64,000 bases of DNA from Candidatus Omnitrophota bacterium (GTDB lineage: Bacteria > Omnitrophota > Gorgyraeia > Zapsychrales > Fredricksoniimonadaceae). The notes below the pieces were generated by a model. It saw only the letters and a program-made list of their open reading frames with translations, ran no database searches and was not told where the DNA came from. Location: contig CAJARJ010000013.1 of the NCBI GenBank assembly GCA_903944345.1, positions 58,672-122,671 of the forward strand, written 5' to 3'. Shown piece by piece: positions 30,431 through 40,378 of the stretch (positions are counted from its first letter, which is position 1; each line of letters begins with the position of its first letter). Both the position numbers and the translations under genes were made by a program.

Positions 30431-32844
30431 AAATGACTCTCCGTTTCCTGCTTGACTCTTTCAAACGACTGAGCATCTTTCCATGCTCCCCCTTCGTGCC
30501 AACGATCTCCTATAATTCTGATCTGCTCGCGAACAACCTCATAGTCACCGGCAAAATACGCTGAGAGGGCAAACCAGTTCCTGCGCTCGAGTGATTCCGG
30601 AAAACTTTTCAGAAGGTCCAGATAAGCCCGCTTCATTTCCTGCCAGACACCTGGTTCCCTGAAATAATCCTGATCATGTTCAAAGTTAAACTTCTCCCAA
30701 TGAGCATTTAGAATAATTTTGGGAACAAGCGTGCCTTCCGGAGCACTGGCCAGTGCCTCCCGGGCAAAACCAAACATACTTTTCCAGGACCCATGCCATT
30801 TGGGAGCCAGGAATATAAGTTTGGGATAATACGACATATATTCTCCCGGATCCGCTTTAACGGCTCGCTGAAATTGCTTGTCCAGAAGAACCCTGCGCAG
30901 GCTTCCCGAAGGCGGACAATCCGCAGGATAAATTGTTTGCAAGAACATCCTGTTAATCAAAACATGCCTGCCTGTAAAAGGGTCTTCTCTTGCCAGTTGT
31001 GTTCTATAGGCCTGAACATCTTCCGGCAGCAAATCCTTTCTGCGGCTGATGATTGATTCTATCAGGGCATTGTCCTGCAACAGCACATTAAGTTTATCCA
31101 AGGCCAAACCTTCTGCCGGGATATCAATGCCGTCTTTCTGCAAAACCCCCAAAAGCCTGTCTGCAGACATGTTTTGAATAAACTCTTCCGGACGGAACTC
31201 ATCCGGCAGATCCTTCCCTCTGAGAACAGTCATAAGTTCCGCCGGAACAAAAGGATCAGAAGGATCCCTTTCATACGCTTTTTCCAGATAATCCTCGGCC
31301 TGGCGCAAACGCTCCTGGTAAAGACCGGAGCCGCTGCTGGTCACAGCCTGAGAAAATCCGGTTCCTCTGGCCAGCCAGGCGTAATTAACATAAAAAGATC
31401 CCAAAAGCGCATTCGCAAAATGAGAATCCGGAACGGCAGTCACCCATTCCTGCAACTTGCCCAGCAATTCTTCGGCAGCATATTCAAAATCTTTTGGCTC
31501 TGCGAGGCTGATATAAGCATTATATAACAAGCTTTCCCCGTTTTTGTCCCGCTCCCGGCTTTTGAGCAGGCCATCAAGATATTTTTCCAACGCAAGGAAT
31601 TTCCTGTCCCGCAACATAATAACAGGATTATCCTGTTCCTGCGCACTTAAACCGGCATTAACCGAAGACAAATAGGCGCGAACCATTCCGGCATGTTCCC
31701 CGTCAGGGACTTGCCGCAGATATTCCTGAAAATGAATAACAGCGTTTGGGACATCCCCTTTCTCCTGATAAGCCCGTGCCAATGCATGGTGATAATTATA
31801 AGCCGTCGGTCTGGCCGCAACCGAACGTTGATAATAAGCGACTGCCTGATCATATTGCTGATGAATAAAATAGTACCTGCCCAGATTGTAAAGAGCCGAG
31901 GCATAGCCAGGCTCAAGATAAATCGCAGCTTGCAAATAGAAAACAGTCTTTTCCTCGTCGTTCTGCGATTCGTAAACATTGGATATGTTATTAAACAGGA
32001 CAGAATAATCCGGGCATAAAGCCAATGCCTGGAAATACACTGACAATCCCTGGCGAACATCATTCTCCCGGACCAGATTGTAAGCTCTGTCTTTTAAACC
32101 CTCTGCCTCACTTGTCAAGAGATCAACGATCCGGGTTATCTCCGTCAGCTTCTTTTGCAGAAAAGTATCATCGGTTGTTGAAATGATCTTTTTAAAAACC
32201 CGGCAAATACGAAGATCCCTGACAGTCCTCACGATCAGTTCTGTCTCATCCTCACCTGACAGCTCCCTGTGCGGATTGGCCAGGAAATTCGCAATACTCA
32301 TGATAACTTGTTCGTCACCGCTTGCACTAAAAGCGGCCAACGCCAGCCGTATCGCCTCCGGAGAATCAACTGGACGGAGCGTGTCGGATGAGGCCTCGGC
32401 AATAATGGCCTGTATCATCTTCTTCCTGCGAGAATCGACTTTCATCTCCTGACTTTTCAATTCTTCGAGAAAAGCCGCGTCTTGTCCTGCCAAGGTAGCG
32501 AAAAATCGGATGCCATAAATATCGGAACCGGACTGTTCTGCCTCTTTGTCTTTTACCAGAAAAAAAGCATCAAGAATTTTCGTTCTCGACCTTCTGTCCT
32601 TAGAACGATAATAATACGTCATCAACCATTCAGGAGAGTACGGCGGGAAACTCTTGAGGCGAATATTATTCCTGACCCGATCGCTCAACGGTAACTGTAC
32701 CGATACCGATTCAGACAAGACTTGAGCAACCACATCCCCTTGCGGCATTAACCGGTCATCCGCGACAACACGGCCGGATATTAAAAGCAAAAGAACAGAA
32801 AATATTGGGGAAACACACTTTATTGCTGTTCTGTTTTGATTCAT
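30427..32844 (-). CDS. Secreted TPR-repeat protein (about 806 aa)
   Basis: Signal peptide MNQNRTAIKCVSPIFSVLLLLISG; several TPR-like A/Y/L-spaced repeats (ALALCPDYS.., AIYLEPGYASALYNLGRYY, AVAYYQRSVAARP..); the ATG at 32844 is preferred over the track start at 32916. Confidence 0.65.
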   Translation of the reverse strand: MNQNRTAIKCVSPIFSVLLLLISGRVVADDRLMPQGDVVAQVLSESVSVQLPLSDRVRNNIRLKSFPPYSPEWLMTYYYRSKDRRSRTKILDAFFLVKDKEAEQSGSDIYGIRFFATLAGQDAAFLEELKSQEMKVDSRRKKMIQAIIAEASSDTLRPVDSPEAIRLALAAFSASGDEQVIMSIANFLANPHRELSGEDETELIVRTVRDLRICRVFKKIISTTDDTFLQKKLTEITRIVDLLTSEAEGLKDRAYNLVRENDVRQGLSVYFQALALCPDYSVLFNNISNVYESQNDEEKTVFYLQAAIYLEPGYASALYNLGRYYFIHQQYDQAVAYYQRSVAARPTAYNYHHALARAYQEKGDVPNAVIHFQEYLRQVPDGEHAGMVRAYLSSVNAGLSAQEQDNPVIMLRDRKFLALEKYLDGLLKSRERDKNGESLLYNAYISLAEPKDFEYAAEELLGKLQEWVTAVPDSHFANALLGSFYVNYAWLARGTGFSQAVTSSGSGLYQERLRQAEDYLEKAYERDPSDPFVPAELMTVLRGKDLPDEFRPEEFIQNMSADRLLGVLQKDGIDIPAEGLALDKLNVLLQDNALIESIISRRKDLLPEDVQAYRTQLAREDPFTGRHVLINRMFLQTIYPADCPPSGSLRRVLLDKQFQRAVKADPGEYMSYYPKLIFLAPKWHGSWKSMFGFAREALASAPEGTLVPKIILNAHWEKFNFEHDQDYFREPGVWQEMKRAYLDLLKSFPESLERRNWFALSAYFAGDYEVVREQIRIIGDRWHEGGAWKDAQSFERVKQETESHL

Positions 32845-32960
32845 AAACCAACCTTTCGTTGCCAGAAGTCTATCAAGCCCTTTACAATCGCGCAATGTGA
32901 TTTCCATGAAATCCATGAAATCAGTTGTCAGCTCGCGCCCTGCCGAACTAGAATGGGTTT

Positions 32961-34247
32961 ATGTTACATGTCTTTTTCCTGACCTTTTGCTGTTTATTGG
33001 CCTGCCTGCCGCCCTTGTCCGCGCAGGAAAACTCTTCTGCCCCACTGCCCCGGGCCGAAGAATTCTACAAGAAATACACCCCCGCACTCTATCAGATTGA
33101 AACGCTAAGCCGTCAGTCCCGCAAGAAATACGCCATCGGTTCGGCTTTCCAGGTGTCTGCAGACGGGCTTTTGGTCACCAATTATCATGTGATTGCTCCG
33201 GCTCTGCTCAATCCCCGCATGTTTGTCCTGCTGGCCAGACAGGCGGACAAGGCCGAATTCCCGGCCACAGTCCTGGCTGTGGACATCCTGCATGATTTGG
33301 CCATACTCCGTATTAATCCACCCCAGGAAACTTTTCTGCCCCTTGGATCCTCTGATATCAATGAGGGGAAAGTGATTTACTCTCTGGGGAATCCTCACGA
33401 CCTGGGTTTAACCATTAAAGAAGGACTGGCCAACGGTTTTGTTGACAAGTCCGTCTACCGTAAAATCCTTACCAGCCTGTCACTTAATCCCGGCATGAGC
33501 GGCGGCCCGACTATCAACGAAAATGGCCAGGTGATCGGGGTCAATGTCGCGGTAGCTGATATGGCCTTGAGTTTCCTGATCCCGGCCGATTACCTCGAAC
33601 CTCTGGTTACAAAAGCCCTCGGGCACAAGTCTGCGTCTCCATCTACCATGACAGCCGATATCGAACGCCAGCTGCTGCTTCAAGAACGCAAACGTTTTAT
33701 TCCACTGCTTAAAATGCCCTGGGAAAAACAGCAATTCGGGCACTTTCTGGTGCCGGCAGCGATCGCCAGCGATTTCTCCTGCTGGGGCAAACCCAATGAC
33801 GCCCCCGAAATCTGGATCAAATACCCGATGTTCTCCTGTTCCAGCCAGGACAGCATTTATCTTTCCCAACGCCTGAATGCTCATTCCGTTTTTTTTAACT
33901 ACTCCAGCCTGAGCAGTGTCTCTCCCGACCCTGTGCGCCTTTATTCGCTGGCCAATGACTATTTCAACAACTACCGGCTGGATCTGCAGGATGCCCAGTC
34001 AGAAGATGCCGAAAACTTCCGGTGCCGCACCGACCGCACCCTGGTCGCCGGACGCCCGTTTCTTGTCTCGACCTGCGCCAGGCGACTCAAACAAATGCCC
34101 CGGCTTTATGATGTCAACCTGTTGATGGGCTCACTGGCAGACCCTGAAGAAATCCTGATCGTCGAGCTGACACTGAGTGCTGTCAGCCGGGAAATGTCTC
34201 TGGGCATGGTCAAAAAGTTTCTGAAAGAAATCGAATGGCAAAAATAA
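32961..34247 (+). CDS. Secreted trypsin-like (S1 family) serine protease with a C-terminal extension
   Basis: Signal peptide; catalytic triad context VTNYHVI (His), ILHDLAIL (Asp), NPGMSGGP (Ser); 428 aa. Confidence 0.75.
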   Translation: MLHVFFLTFCCLLACLPPLSAQENSSAPLPRAEEFYKKYTPALYQIETLSRQSRKKYAIGSAFQVSADGLLVTNYHVIAPALLNPRMFVLLARQADKAEFPATVLAVDILHDLAILRINPPQETFLPLGSSDINEGKVIYSLGNPHDLGLTIKEGLANGFVDKSVYRKILTSLSLNPGMSGGPTINENGQVIGVNVAVADMALSFLIPADYLEPLVTKALGHKSASPSTMTADIERQLLLQERKRFIPLLKMPWEKQQFGHFLVPAAIASDFSCWGKPNDAPEIWIKYPMFSCSSQDSIYLSQRLNAHSVFFNYSSLSSVSPDPVRLYSLANDYFNNYRLDLQDAQSEDAENFRCRTDRTLVAGRPFLVSTCARRLKQMPRLYDVNLLMGSLADPEEILIVELTLSAVSREMSLGMVKKFLKEIEWQK

Positions 34248-35197
34248 TCCTCGAAATCCTTGCTGCCGCGGAACCCGGCCCCCGCTTCGTTACGGTCACT
34301 GGCCCCTGCGTAACAATCGGAAGGGGAATGAATAATGACATCATTATCCCTGACCCGTATATGAACCCCGAGCACCTCGTTCTGGATTTTACATCGGAGG
34401 AATGGTTTTGCCAGGATTCCGGAAGTCTTAACGGCACTCTGTTGGCCTGCGGCTGTTCGCGTGAAACCTGTGCGCAACGGATCAACGGTCGCACCCGTTT
34501 ATTCAGCGGATACACCCTCACGGCAGGACACACTTCTATCCGGGTATGGGATTCCCTGCATCCCGTTCCTCCAGCGGAACCTATCCGGGAAGACCACGAT
34601 AACGCCCGCAGCAAAACACACTCTTTACTGCCTGGCCTTATCTCGGCCGTGCTGCTTTATTACATTCTTTTTTTCTATCTCTTCTGCCTGGGAAATCCCA
34701 AGATCAATACCCCGTACATGGAATTCTTCTCGATCATCACGTTAATGCTGGCGGCGCTTGCGCTCTGGTCGGGCTTCTGGGCACTGATCACCCGTTTCTC
34801 TCGCCGTGAACACCGCTTTGCCAGGCACTTCCTTTTTGCCTGCCGTATCACCATCCTGTCCGTTATGACAGGGTTGATCCTGCGCCTGGTTGGATTCTAC
34901 CTTTGCGGCTATGTGGCCAATATGATCATGCAGCTTGTCGTTGCCGGTTCAGTGGCCGTCTTTACCTTGTATCATCATATGCGGCTGGCCACCCGCCTGC
35001 CGTCCCGCAAACGGCTTCTGGTTGCGTCTTTGATCATTATCCCTCTGCTCGGCGTCATTGTCATGATTGATGTCAGTCAGAAAACAGAGTTCAATCCTGA
35101 ACCAGGACACAATCTCCAGACTCTTTTTCTGCCCAAAGAATTTATCCCGGCTGATCCTCTTGATACCACACTCAAGCGGATGAACAGTATTTTCTGA
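34235..35197 (+). CDS. FHA-domain membrane protein
   Basis: FHA signature ..VTIGRGMNNDIIIPDPYMNPEHLVLDF..QDSGSLNGTLL (GR..SxxH..NGT); four C-terminal transmembrane helices; start overlaps the protease gene end by 13 bp. Confidence 0.75.
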   Translation: MAKIILEILAAAEPGPRFVTVTGPCVTIGRGMNNDIIIPDPYMNPEHLVLDFTSEEWFCQDSGSLNGTLLACGCSRETCAQRINGRTRLFSGYTLTAGHTSIRVWDSLHPVPPAEPIREDHDNARSKTHSLLPGLISAVLLYYILFFYLFCLGNPKINTPYMEFFSIITLMLAALALWSGFWALITRFSRREHRFARHFLFACRITILSVMTGLILRLVGFYLCGYVANMIMQLVVAGSVAVFTLYHHMRLATRLPSRKRLLVASLIIIPLLGVIVMIDVSQKTEFNPEPGHNLQTLFLPKEFIPADPLDTTLKRMNSIF

Positions 35198-35211
35198 CCC
35201 ACACCGGGTTC

Positions 35212-35613
35212 TTATGACTTGTTGTATTCCGTCAAATACGGCCGATAACGCACAGGCACATGCTTTTTCTGCAGAGCCGGATTATGCCGCTCCCTGATCT
35301 CGATGGTGTCAAAATAGGTTTGCCACAAACCTTCAACCTCATCGGCCACACAAGGCTCCACCGGCTGCTGCCAGCTCGTCAGTCTCCATTTACCACCTGT
35401 ACCGCAAACAGCGGCACATCCCCGGCTTTCATCAATCAGAATCCAGCTCCTGCCGAGTAATCGCGGAGCAAAATAAGCGGCCAGCCCCGCAAGAATATCA
35501 AACGCAGGGGCTATGCGAGCGATCAGTTGACCGTCCTTTCCGGCTCTGAACCTGGTAAATCCCTGCCAACGGTGAAACTCCCAGGCTTCCTGTTCCACGC
35601 TTGTTTTTTGCAT
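35212..35613 (-). CDS. DUF4130-type putative DNA-repair protein (usual partner of the DNA-modification/repair radical-SAM protein)
   Basis: 133 aa immediately downstream of, and 2 bp from, the radical-SAM gene. Family membership is assigned from gene-pair context and size, not from a diagnostic motif. Confidence 0.55.
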   Translation of the reverse strand: MQKTSVEQEAWEFHRWQGFTRFRAGKDGQLIARIAPAFDILAGLAAYFAPRLLGRSWILIDESRGCAAVCGTGGKWRLTSWQQPVEPCVADEVEGLWQTYFDTIEIRERHNPALQKKHVPVRYRPYLTEYNKS

Positions 35614-35614
35614 A

Positions 35615-36880
35615 TCAAAGTTCTCCCGTTAACGCCGCGACTTGTTCTTCAAAATGATTTTGCGGTTCGAGAAACGTCAGTTGGCATTCGCTGCGCAATT
35701 GTTTGGGTAAAAGAATACGCCGCAACGCTGCTGTATCCCGAATATCGGGCGCCAGCGCCTGACCACCGACGGTCACAAAAAAACGGGCACGCTTGAGAGT
35801 GACTCCCAAACGTTCGAGGTCGCCGACTGCCAGTGTTTTATGCCGACGGGCCTGCACAATACGAGCGGCACTGCGCAGCCCTATTCCGGGAATCCTTAAC
35901 AGTTCTTCGTAAGGTGCGCTGGCGGCATCAACCGGAAAACAGTCTGGATGGCGCAAAGCCCAGGCGCATTTCGGATCCAGCTCCAGATCCAGCATGCCTG
36001 AAGAAAGGATCTCGTCTGTTGTAAAACCATATTGCCTCAACAACCAGTCCGCCTGATAAAGACGATGCTCCCGGAGCAAAGGCGGTGCCGCCTGCGGTGC
36101 ATCGGTATTGACCGGCACATACGCCGAATAATAAACACGCTTAAGTCCCCGGCCCCGGTAAAGTTCTGACGCCAGAGTAAGCACCTGCCGGTCATCATCC
36201 GGAGTTGCTCCGACAATAAGCTGGGTGCTTTGTCCGGTAGCGGTAAAACCGGCGGGCATGGACGACTGTTCCTTGCGGAGACGGGCAAACTCTTCGATAC
36301 GCCGGGCAGCCCGATCCATTGGAGCCAGAACCTGCGCCCAGTCCTTATCGGGGGCCATCAAGGCCAGGCTTTGCGGTGAAGCAAACTCGGTGTTAACACT
36401 GATGCGATCCGCCAGGCGCACAGCTTCGTCAACCAGTCCTCCGGAGACTCCCGGAATCAGCTTAAGATGAATGTATCCCCGAAAACGCCACTGCCCGCGC
36501 AAAAGGCGTACGGTGCGCAGCATCAGCTCCAGAGTATGATCCGGACTCCTGACCACTCCGGAGCTGAGAAAAAGTCCCTCAACATAATTGCGGCGATAAA
36601 ATTCACTGGCAAGGGCGGCCAGTTCTTCAGGGGTAAAGGCCGCACGCGGTGTCTCGTTAGACCGGCGGTTAAGGCAATAGCGGCAGTCATAAACACAATG
36701 ATTGGTTAACAGGACTTTGAGAAGGGAAATACAGCGCCCGTCAGCAGACCAACTGTGGCAAACTCCGGGCATTTGCCGGGCTTTACCGGAAGAGTCCCGG
36801 CGTACCGCTCCGCTGGAGGCGCAACTGACATCGTAACGCGCGGCTCCGGAAAGAATCCTGAGTTTTTCGGCCAACTGCAT
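35615..36880 (-). CDS. Putative DNA modification/repair radical SAM protein
   Basis: CVYDCRYC (Cx3Cx2C) radical-SAM cluster motif; about 420 aa with a characteristic C-terminal HhH-like region; the ATG at 36880 has a GGAG ribosome-binding site. Confidence 0.75.
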   Translation of the reverse strand: MQLAEKLRILSGAARYDVSCASSGAVRRDSSGKARQMPGVCHSWSADGRCISLLKVLLTNHCVYDCRYCLNRRSNETPRAAFTPEELAALASEFYRRNYVEGLFLSSGVVRSPDHTLELMLRTVRLLRGQWRFRGYIHLKLIPGVSGGLVDEAVRLADRISVNTEFASPQSLALMAPDKDWAQVLAPMDRAARRIEEFARLRKEQSSMPAGFTATGQSTQLIVGATPDDDRQVLTLASELYRGRGLKRVYYSAYVPVNTDAPQAAPPLLREHRLYQADWLLRQYGFTTDEILSSGMLDLELDPKCAWALRHPDCFPVDAASAPYEELLRIPGIGLRSAARIVQARRHKTLAVGDLERLGVTLKRARFFVTVGGQALAPDIRDTAALRRILLPKQLRSECQLTFLEPQNHFEEQVAALTGEL

Positions 36881-36949
36881 ATACCACTCCTTTGTGTGGT
36901 ATATGCTACACCCCGATAAAGAACGAGTCAAGAAAGAATTCGAACCAAA

Positions 36950-38896
36950 TCACGGACGACTCAACCGTCCCATAAAAATAATACGCCCGCTCCCGGATTC
37001 CTGGATCAGAAACATAAAAGGACGATCCGCCCTGAACAACTGGGCTGGCCGGGGCATGGCCCCGCCAAACATTCCGGCCGCAGTGGCCGCAGCGGCTTTG
37101 GTGCCTTGCTCGTTCACCTCAATAAAGGCTTTATGAATCACCTCGCCGATATAAATATCTTTCTGACCGGTCATACGCGAAAAATCGGCCTGCGGGCCAA
37201 AAGCGTCGGTTATCCCCATGGCCTGTAAGACCTCGCGCATCTTGTCGCTAAACGAAAAGACAAAACGCGGCAGATAGACATCCACTTTTTGCGGCATCAA
37301 TGACTGCTTCCATTGCGCAAGTTTCTCGAGACTCAACCCGGACTCAAATGCCTGCGCGGCCTCCGGCGCGGGCAGCAAAACCAGCATGGACAACTTTCCG
37401 CCGGCATACGGCAATTCGAGAATCTGCCCCTCAGGCAAGCGGGCATAATTCAACCTGGCCATATCGTTGCCCTCAAGAAACATCATCGGCACGCTCACAG
37501 TCCTGTTGTCATCAAGCCTGAAATCTTCATTGCGGGTTGAACGGACGTCGAAAGGATAGCGCCAATCACCTTTGAAATAAACTGCGTTAGTCAGGATCAG
37601 CCGGGTCACAGGCGTAATAAACCCTTCAGGGATCAGCTCCGTAATCAGTCCCCGGGTTTCTTTCCCGGCCCAGAGATTGATGGTCTTGCGCGACAGCCCG
37701 GGGTCAGAAGCAAAATCCACATTGAACGCCCCCGCACCATAAAACTCACCGACCAGCGACACGTAAGAAGAAAGCAGGGGTGCCTGTTGACTGGCCCACA
37801 AGGCATTGGCGGCATCAAGAATGTAACCTGGTTCATTCTCCTGCGAGGAGGAACGGACAAACCGCGCCGTTTCCAGACGTAGAAAAGGATCCGCGATAAA
37901 ATGACTGGCCGCAAGCAGCTGCCGGGCCGTATCTCCTGCCGCACCTTCATACACCATGCCCAGAACCGGAAGGATACTGGCCGGCGAATAAAATATATTT
38001 CCTTCGCGTTCGCGATACCTGGCATACAATTCCAGGGCAAAACGATTGTTGCCCTCAAGCGCTTGCTGACGGGCATCGGTCACCCAGGAGTTGCTCCAGA
38101 GGCCCTGTGACTCCAGAAACTGCTCGACCACGGTCCGGGCCGTCTTGCCCGAAATTTCCGGATCAGCCCCCGTCACATTGCAAGCGAATGTCCGCAACGT
38201 TTTTCCGGTTTCAAGAAAACCTACAAACCAGCCTATAGACTGCCCACTTTGCGGATCGGTTCCCGACCCCGTCTTGCCATAAAGCACCGCTCCATTCTCA
38301 GCCGTGCCCAGACGCATGATATCCTTGAGAATCGCGATATTATCAGCGGAAAAAGGCATCTCGCCATTTAACAGCCGGTTGAGCAAGGCCACCTGCTCCT
38401 GTGCGCAGATCAGAAGCGGTTTTGTTTCTGCCAAAGGAAGCCAGAAACTGTCCACCCCGGAAGAAATATCTCCCGAACCATAGCCCAGCTGACGAATATA
38501 ATCCTGCATACGTTCCGGCCCTGTCTGCCGGGCCAGCTCGCGAAAAGCCGGAACCGCAGACACGCGGAAAGCTTCGCGCAAACTCAGATCAGTATTCCAG
38601 GACGCAATCGGGCGCTTGACGCCATCCCAGCGGTACCATGGCTCGTCAGGATTCTTGAGCAACCCCAGTTCCAGCCCGATAAGAGTGTTATAAATCTTGA
38701 AGGTCGAACAGGGCGGCAGCCTGCGTGCCGCAAGCGACGGATCAAGGTTAATCTCTGTACCGGTGGAAAGATCATAAACAACCAAAGCAGTCTGATAATT
38801 TTCTGCCAGAAAGAAAACCGGCTCCCCTTCCGCCTGACACGCGACAAGCGACAGGATCAAAAAAGAAAAAGCCAGTAAAATTTTTCGGCAGAACAT
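36950..38896 (-). CDS. Secreted fusion protein: class-D beta-lactamase/BlaR-sensor-like penicillin-binding domain plus serpin domain
   Basis: Signal peptide with lipobox-like LVAC; PCSTFKIYNTL (SxxK) and YGKTGSG (KTG) in the first 270 aa. A full serpin follows: NAVYFKGDWRYPF, hinge EVNEQGTKAAAATAAG, FRADRPFMFLIQESGSGRIIFMGRLSRP. Confidence 0.8.
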   Translation of the reverse strand: MFCRKILLAFSFLILSLVACQAEGEPVFFLAENYQTALVVYDLSTGTEINLDPSLAARRLPPCSTFKIYNTLIGLELGLLKNPDEPWYRWDGVKRPIASWNTDLSLREAFRVSAVPAFRELARQTGPERMQDYIRQLGYGSGDISSGVDSFWLPLAETKPLLICAQEQVALLNRLLNGEMPFSADNIAILKDIMRLGTAENGAVLYGKTGSGTDPQSGQSIGWFVGFLETGKTLRTFACNVTGADPEISGKTARTVVEQFLESQGLWSNSWVTDARQQALEGNNRFALELYARYREREGNIFYSPASILPVLGMVYEGAAGDTARQLLAASHFIADPFLRLETARFVRSSSQENEPGYILDAANALWASQQAPLLSSYVSLVGEFYGAGAFNVDFASDPGLSRKTINLWAGKETRGLITELIPEGFITPVTRLILTNAVYFKGDWRYPFDVRSTRNEDFRLDDNRTVSVPMMFLEGNDMARLNYARLPEGQILELPYAGGKLSMLVLLPAPEAAQAFESGLSLEKLAQWKQSLMPQKVDVYLPRFVFSFSDKMREVLQAMGITDAFGPQADFSRMTGQKDIYIGEVIHKAFIEVNEQGTKAAAATAAGMFGGAMPRPAQLFRADRPFMFLIQESGSGRIIFMGRLSRP

Positions 38897-38926
38897 AACT
38901 TACTCCTCCATTATTAAACGAACCTT

Positions 38927-40378
38927 TTACTGCAGACGGGAGGCAGTTCGCAAATAAACCGCCGCAAACAAAAGAAGGAAAACGGACAAGAATATGACAC
39001 CTCCATATCCGGTTTCGCTCATCAGATGCAGATAATCATTGTGCGCCTGGCGCAAATACTCGATCTCAAAATTAAAAGTACGATACCTGGCAAAATTTGT
39101 TCCGAAAGTGTTTACCCCTGTCCCGAAAAAACTGAAGTCCTTAAAAACTTTCCATGCCCCTTTATAGAAATCCAGACGCACCCCGATAGGCCCTTCCATC
39201 TTTACAATCTTATCGATACTCAGCAAACGAAAGCGTGCCAGAAACTCTTCCGGTCCCAGCCAGACCACCATAACTCCGGCCAATAACAAAACTGTTGTCA
39301 GAATGCCGGCAAAACGCTTTTTTTTGCTGGAACGGGCTGCCGCGCGCAGGACAAGCGCGAAGAAAATGATCTGACTCAAAAGAAAGCTCATGATCCCGCC
39401 CCGCGAGGTCGACATAAAAATGGTGCTGATCATTACCGCCGACATAAGAATATAACGCAGGGTGCGATTAGCCTCGGGAGTCGAAAACCACAAGAGACGT
39501 TCGGACAAGCCTTTGCAGTGAGAGAATGACGTATGCATGATGCTGGCCACCGCCATTCCGGTGGCCGTCGCGCTACAGAGCTCCATAAAACCGGCAAAGT
39601 GATCGTAATTATAATACGGTCCGACCGGATTGGGGGCCTTCATTCCCAGCCAGAAAATACGTCCGTTGTAGCTGAACTTCTGAACAATGGCAAACAGAGC
39701 CACCAGAAAACCGAACATGATGACAAAATCGATCATCCGGCGAAAAAAGCTATGGTCATAATCCTTTCGTCCGGCACTGCCTGTCCCCAACCCCAGCAAA
39801 ACAACAAAATATATCCCGTTGGCCGCTATATGCAGGTTGAAATCATAGATACTGTGAAACAAAAGGGACAGGACTCCTGACAGGCATCCCAAACGCAGAT
39901 ATTCGGTCTTGACCAGACTGAGCGGATGCGGTGCGGTCAAGCGCTCGTCGGCAGAAGCAACCGGAGCCAAACGCAACAGAATAGTCACAAAAAAGAGTCC
40001 ATAGGTCATAAACTGGACAAGACCCATGATAGTGTCGTTTGAATAGACCGACAAGGTATCCCGTCCACCAACAGGAATACCTCCCGGCAGTGTCCTGGCA
40101 TAAAGATCAAACGTTGCCGGAGAAAGCAGTTTGATCTGCTCATATGGCAAAGGCAGCAGCTGAAACAGAACAAACGCCAGGAGAAAAAGCCCCAGCCACA
40201 CCCAGAACGAACGCAAGACCGGCACGAATGCCTGCGGGCGGGAGAATACGACCAGATTAAAAACGATCAAGGAAAGTAAAGCCAGAAAAAGCAAAGGAAG
40301 AAACTGGACGCTCCCATACATGAGCGGAGCAGCGGCAAGTCCTGCAAACAGAAAAAAATCAGCCAAACGCAAAAGCAT
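38927..40378 (-). CDS. O-antigen ligase-like (Wzy_C) polytopic membrane protein
   Basis: About 10 transmembrane segments; AHNDYLHLMSETGYGG matches the O-antigen ligase/Wzy_C loop motif; start overlaps the Wzc stop (ATGA). Confidence 0.75.
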   Translation of the reverse strand: MLLRLADFFLFAGLAAAPLMYGSVQFLPLLFLALLSLIVFNLVVFSRPQAFVPVLRSFWVWLGLFLLAFVLFQLLPLPYEQIKLLSPATFDLYARTLPGGIPVGGRDTLSVYSNDTIMGLVQFMTYGLFFVTILLRLAPVASADERLTAPHPLSLVKTEYLRLGCLSGVLSLLFHSIYDFNLHIAANGIYFVVLLGLGTGSAGRKDYDHSFFRRMIDFVIMFGFLVALFAIVQKFSYNGRIFWLGMKAPNPVGPYYNYDHFAGFMELCSATATGMAVASIMHTSFSHCKGLSERLLWFSTPEANRTLRYILMSAVMISTIFMSTSRGGIMSFLLSQIIFFALVLRAAARSSKKKRFAGILTTVLLLAGVMVVWLGPEEFLARFRLLSIDKIVKMEGPIGVRLDFYKGAWKVFKDFSFFGTGVNTFGTNFARYRTFNFEIEYLRQAHNDYLHLMSETGYGGVIFLSVFLLLFAAVYLRTASRLQ

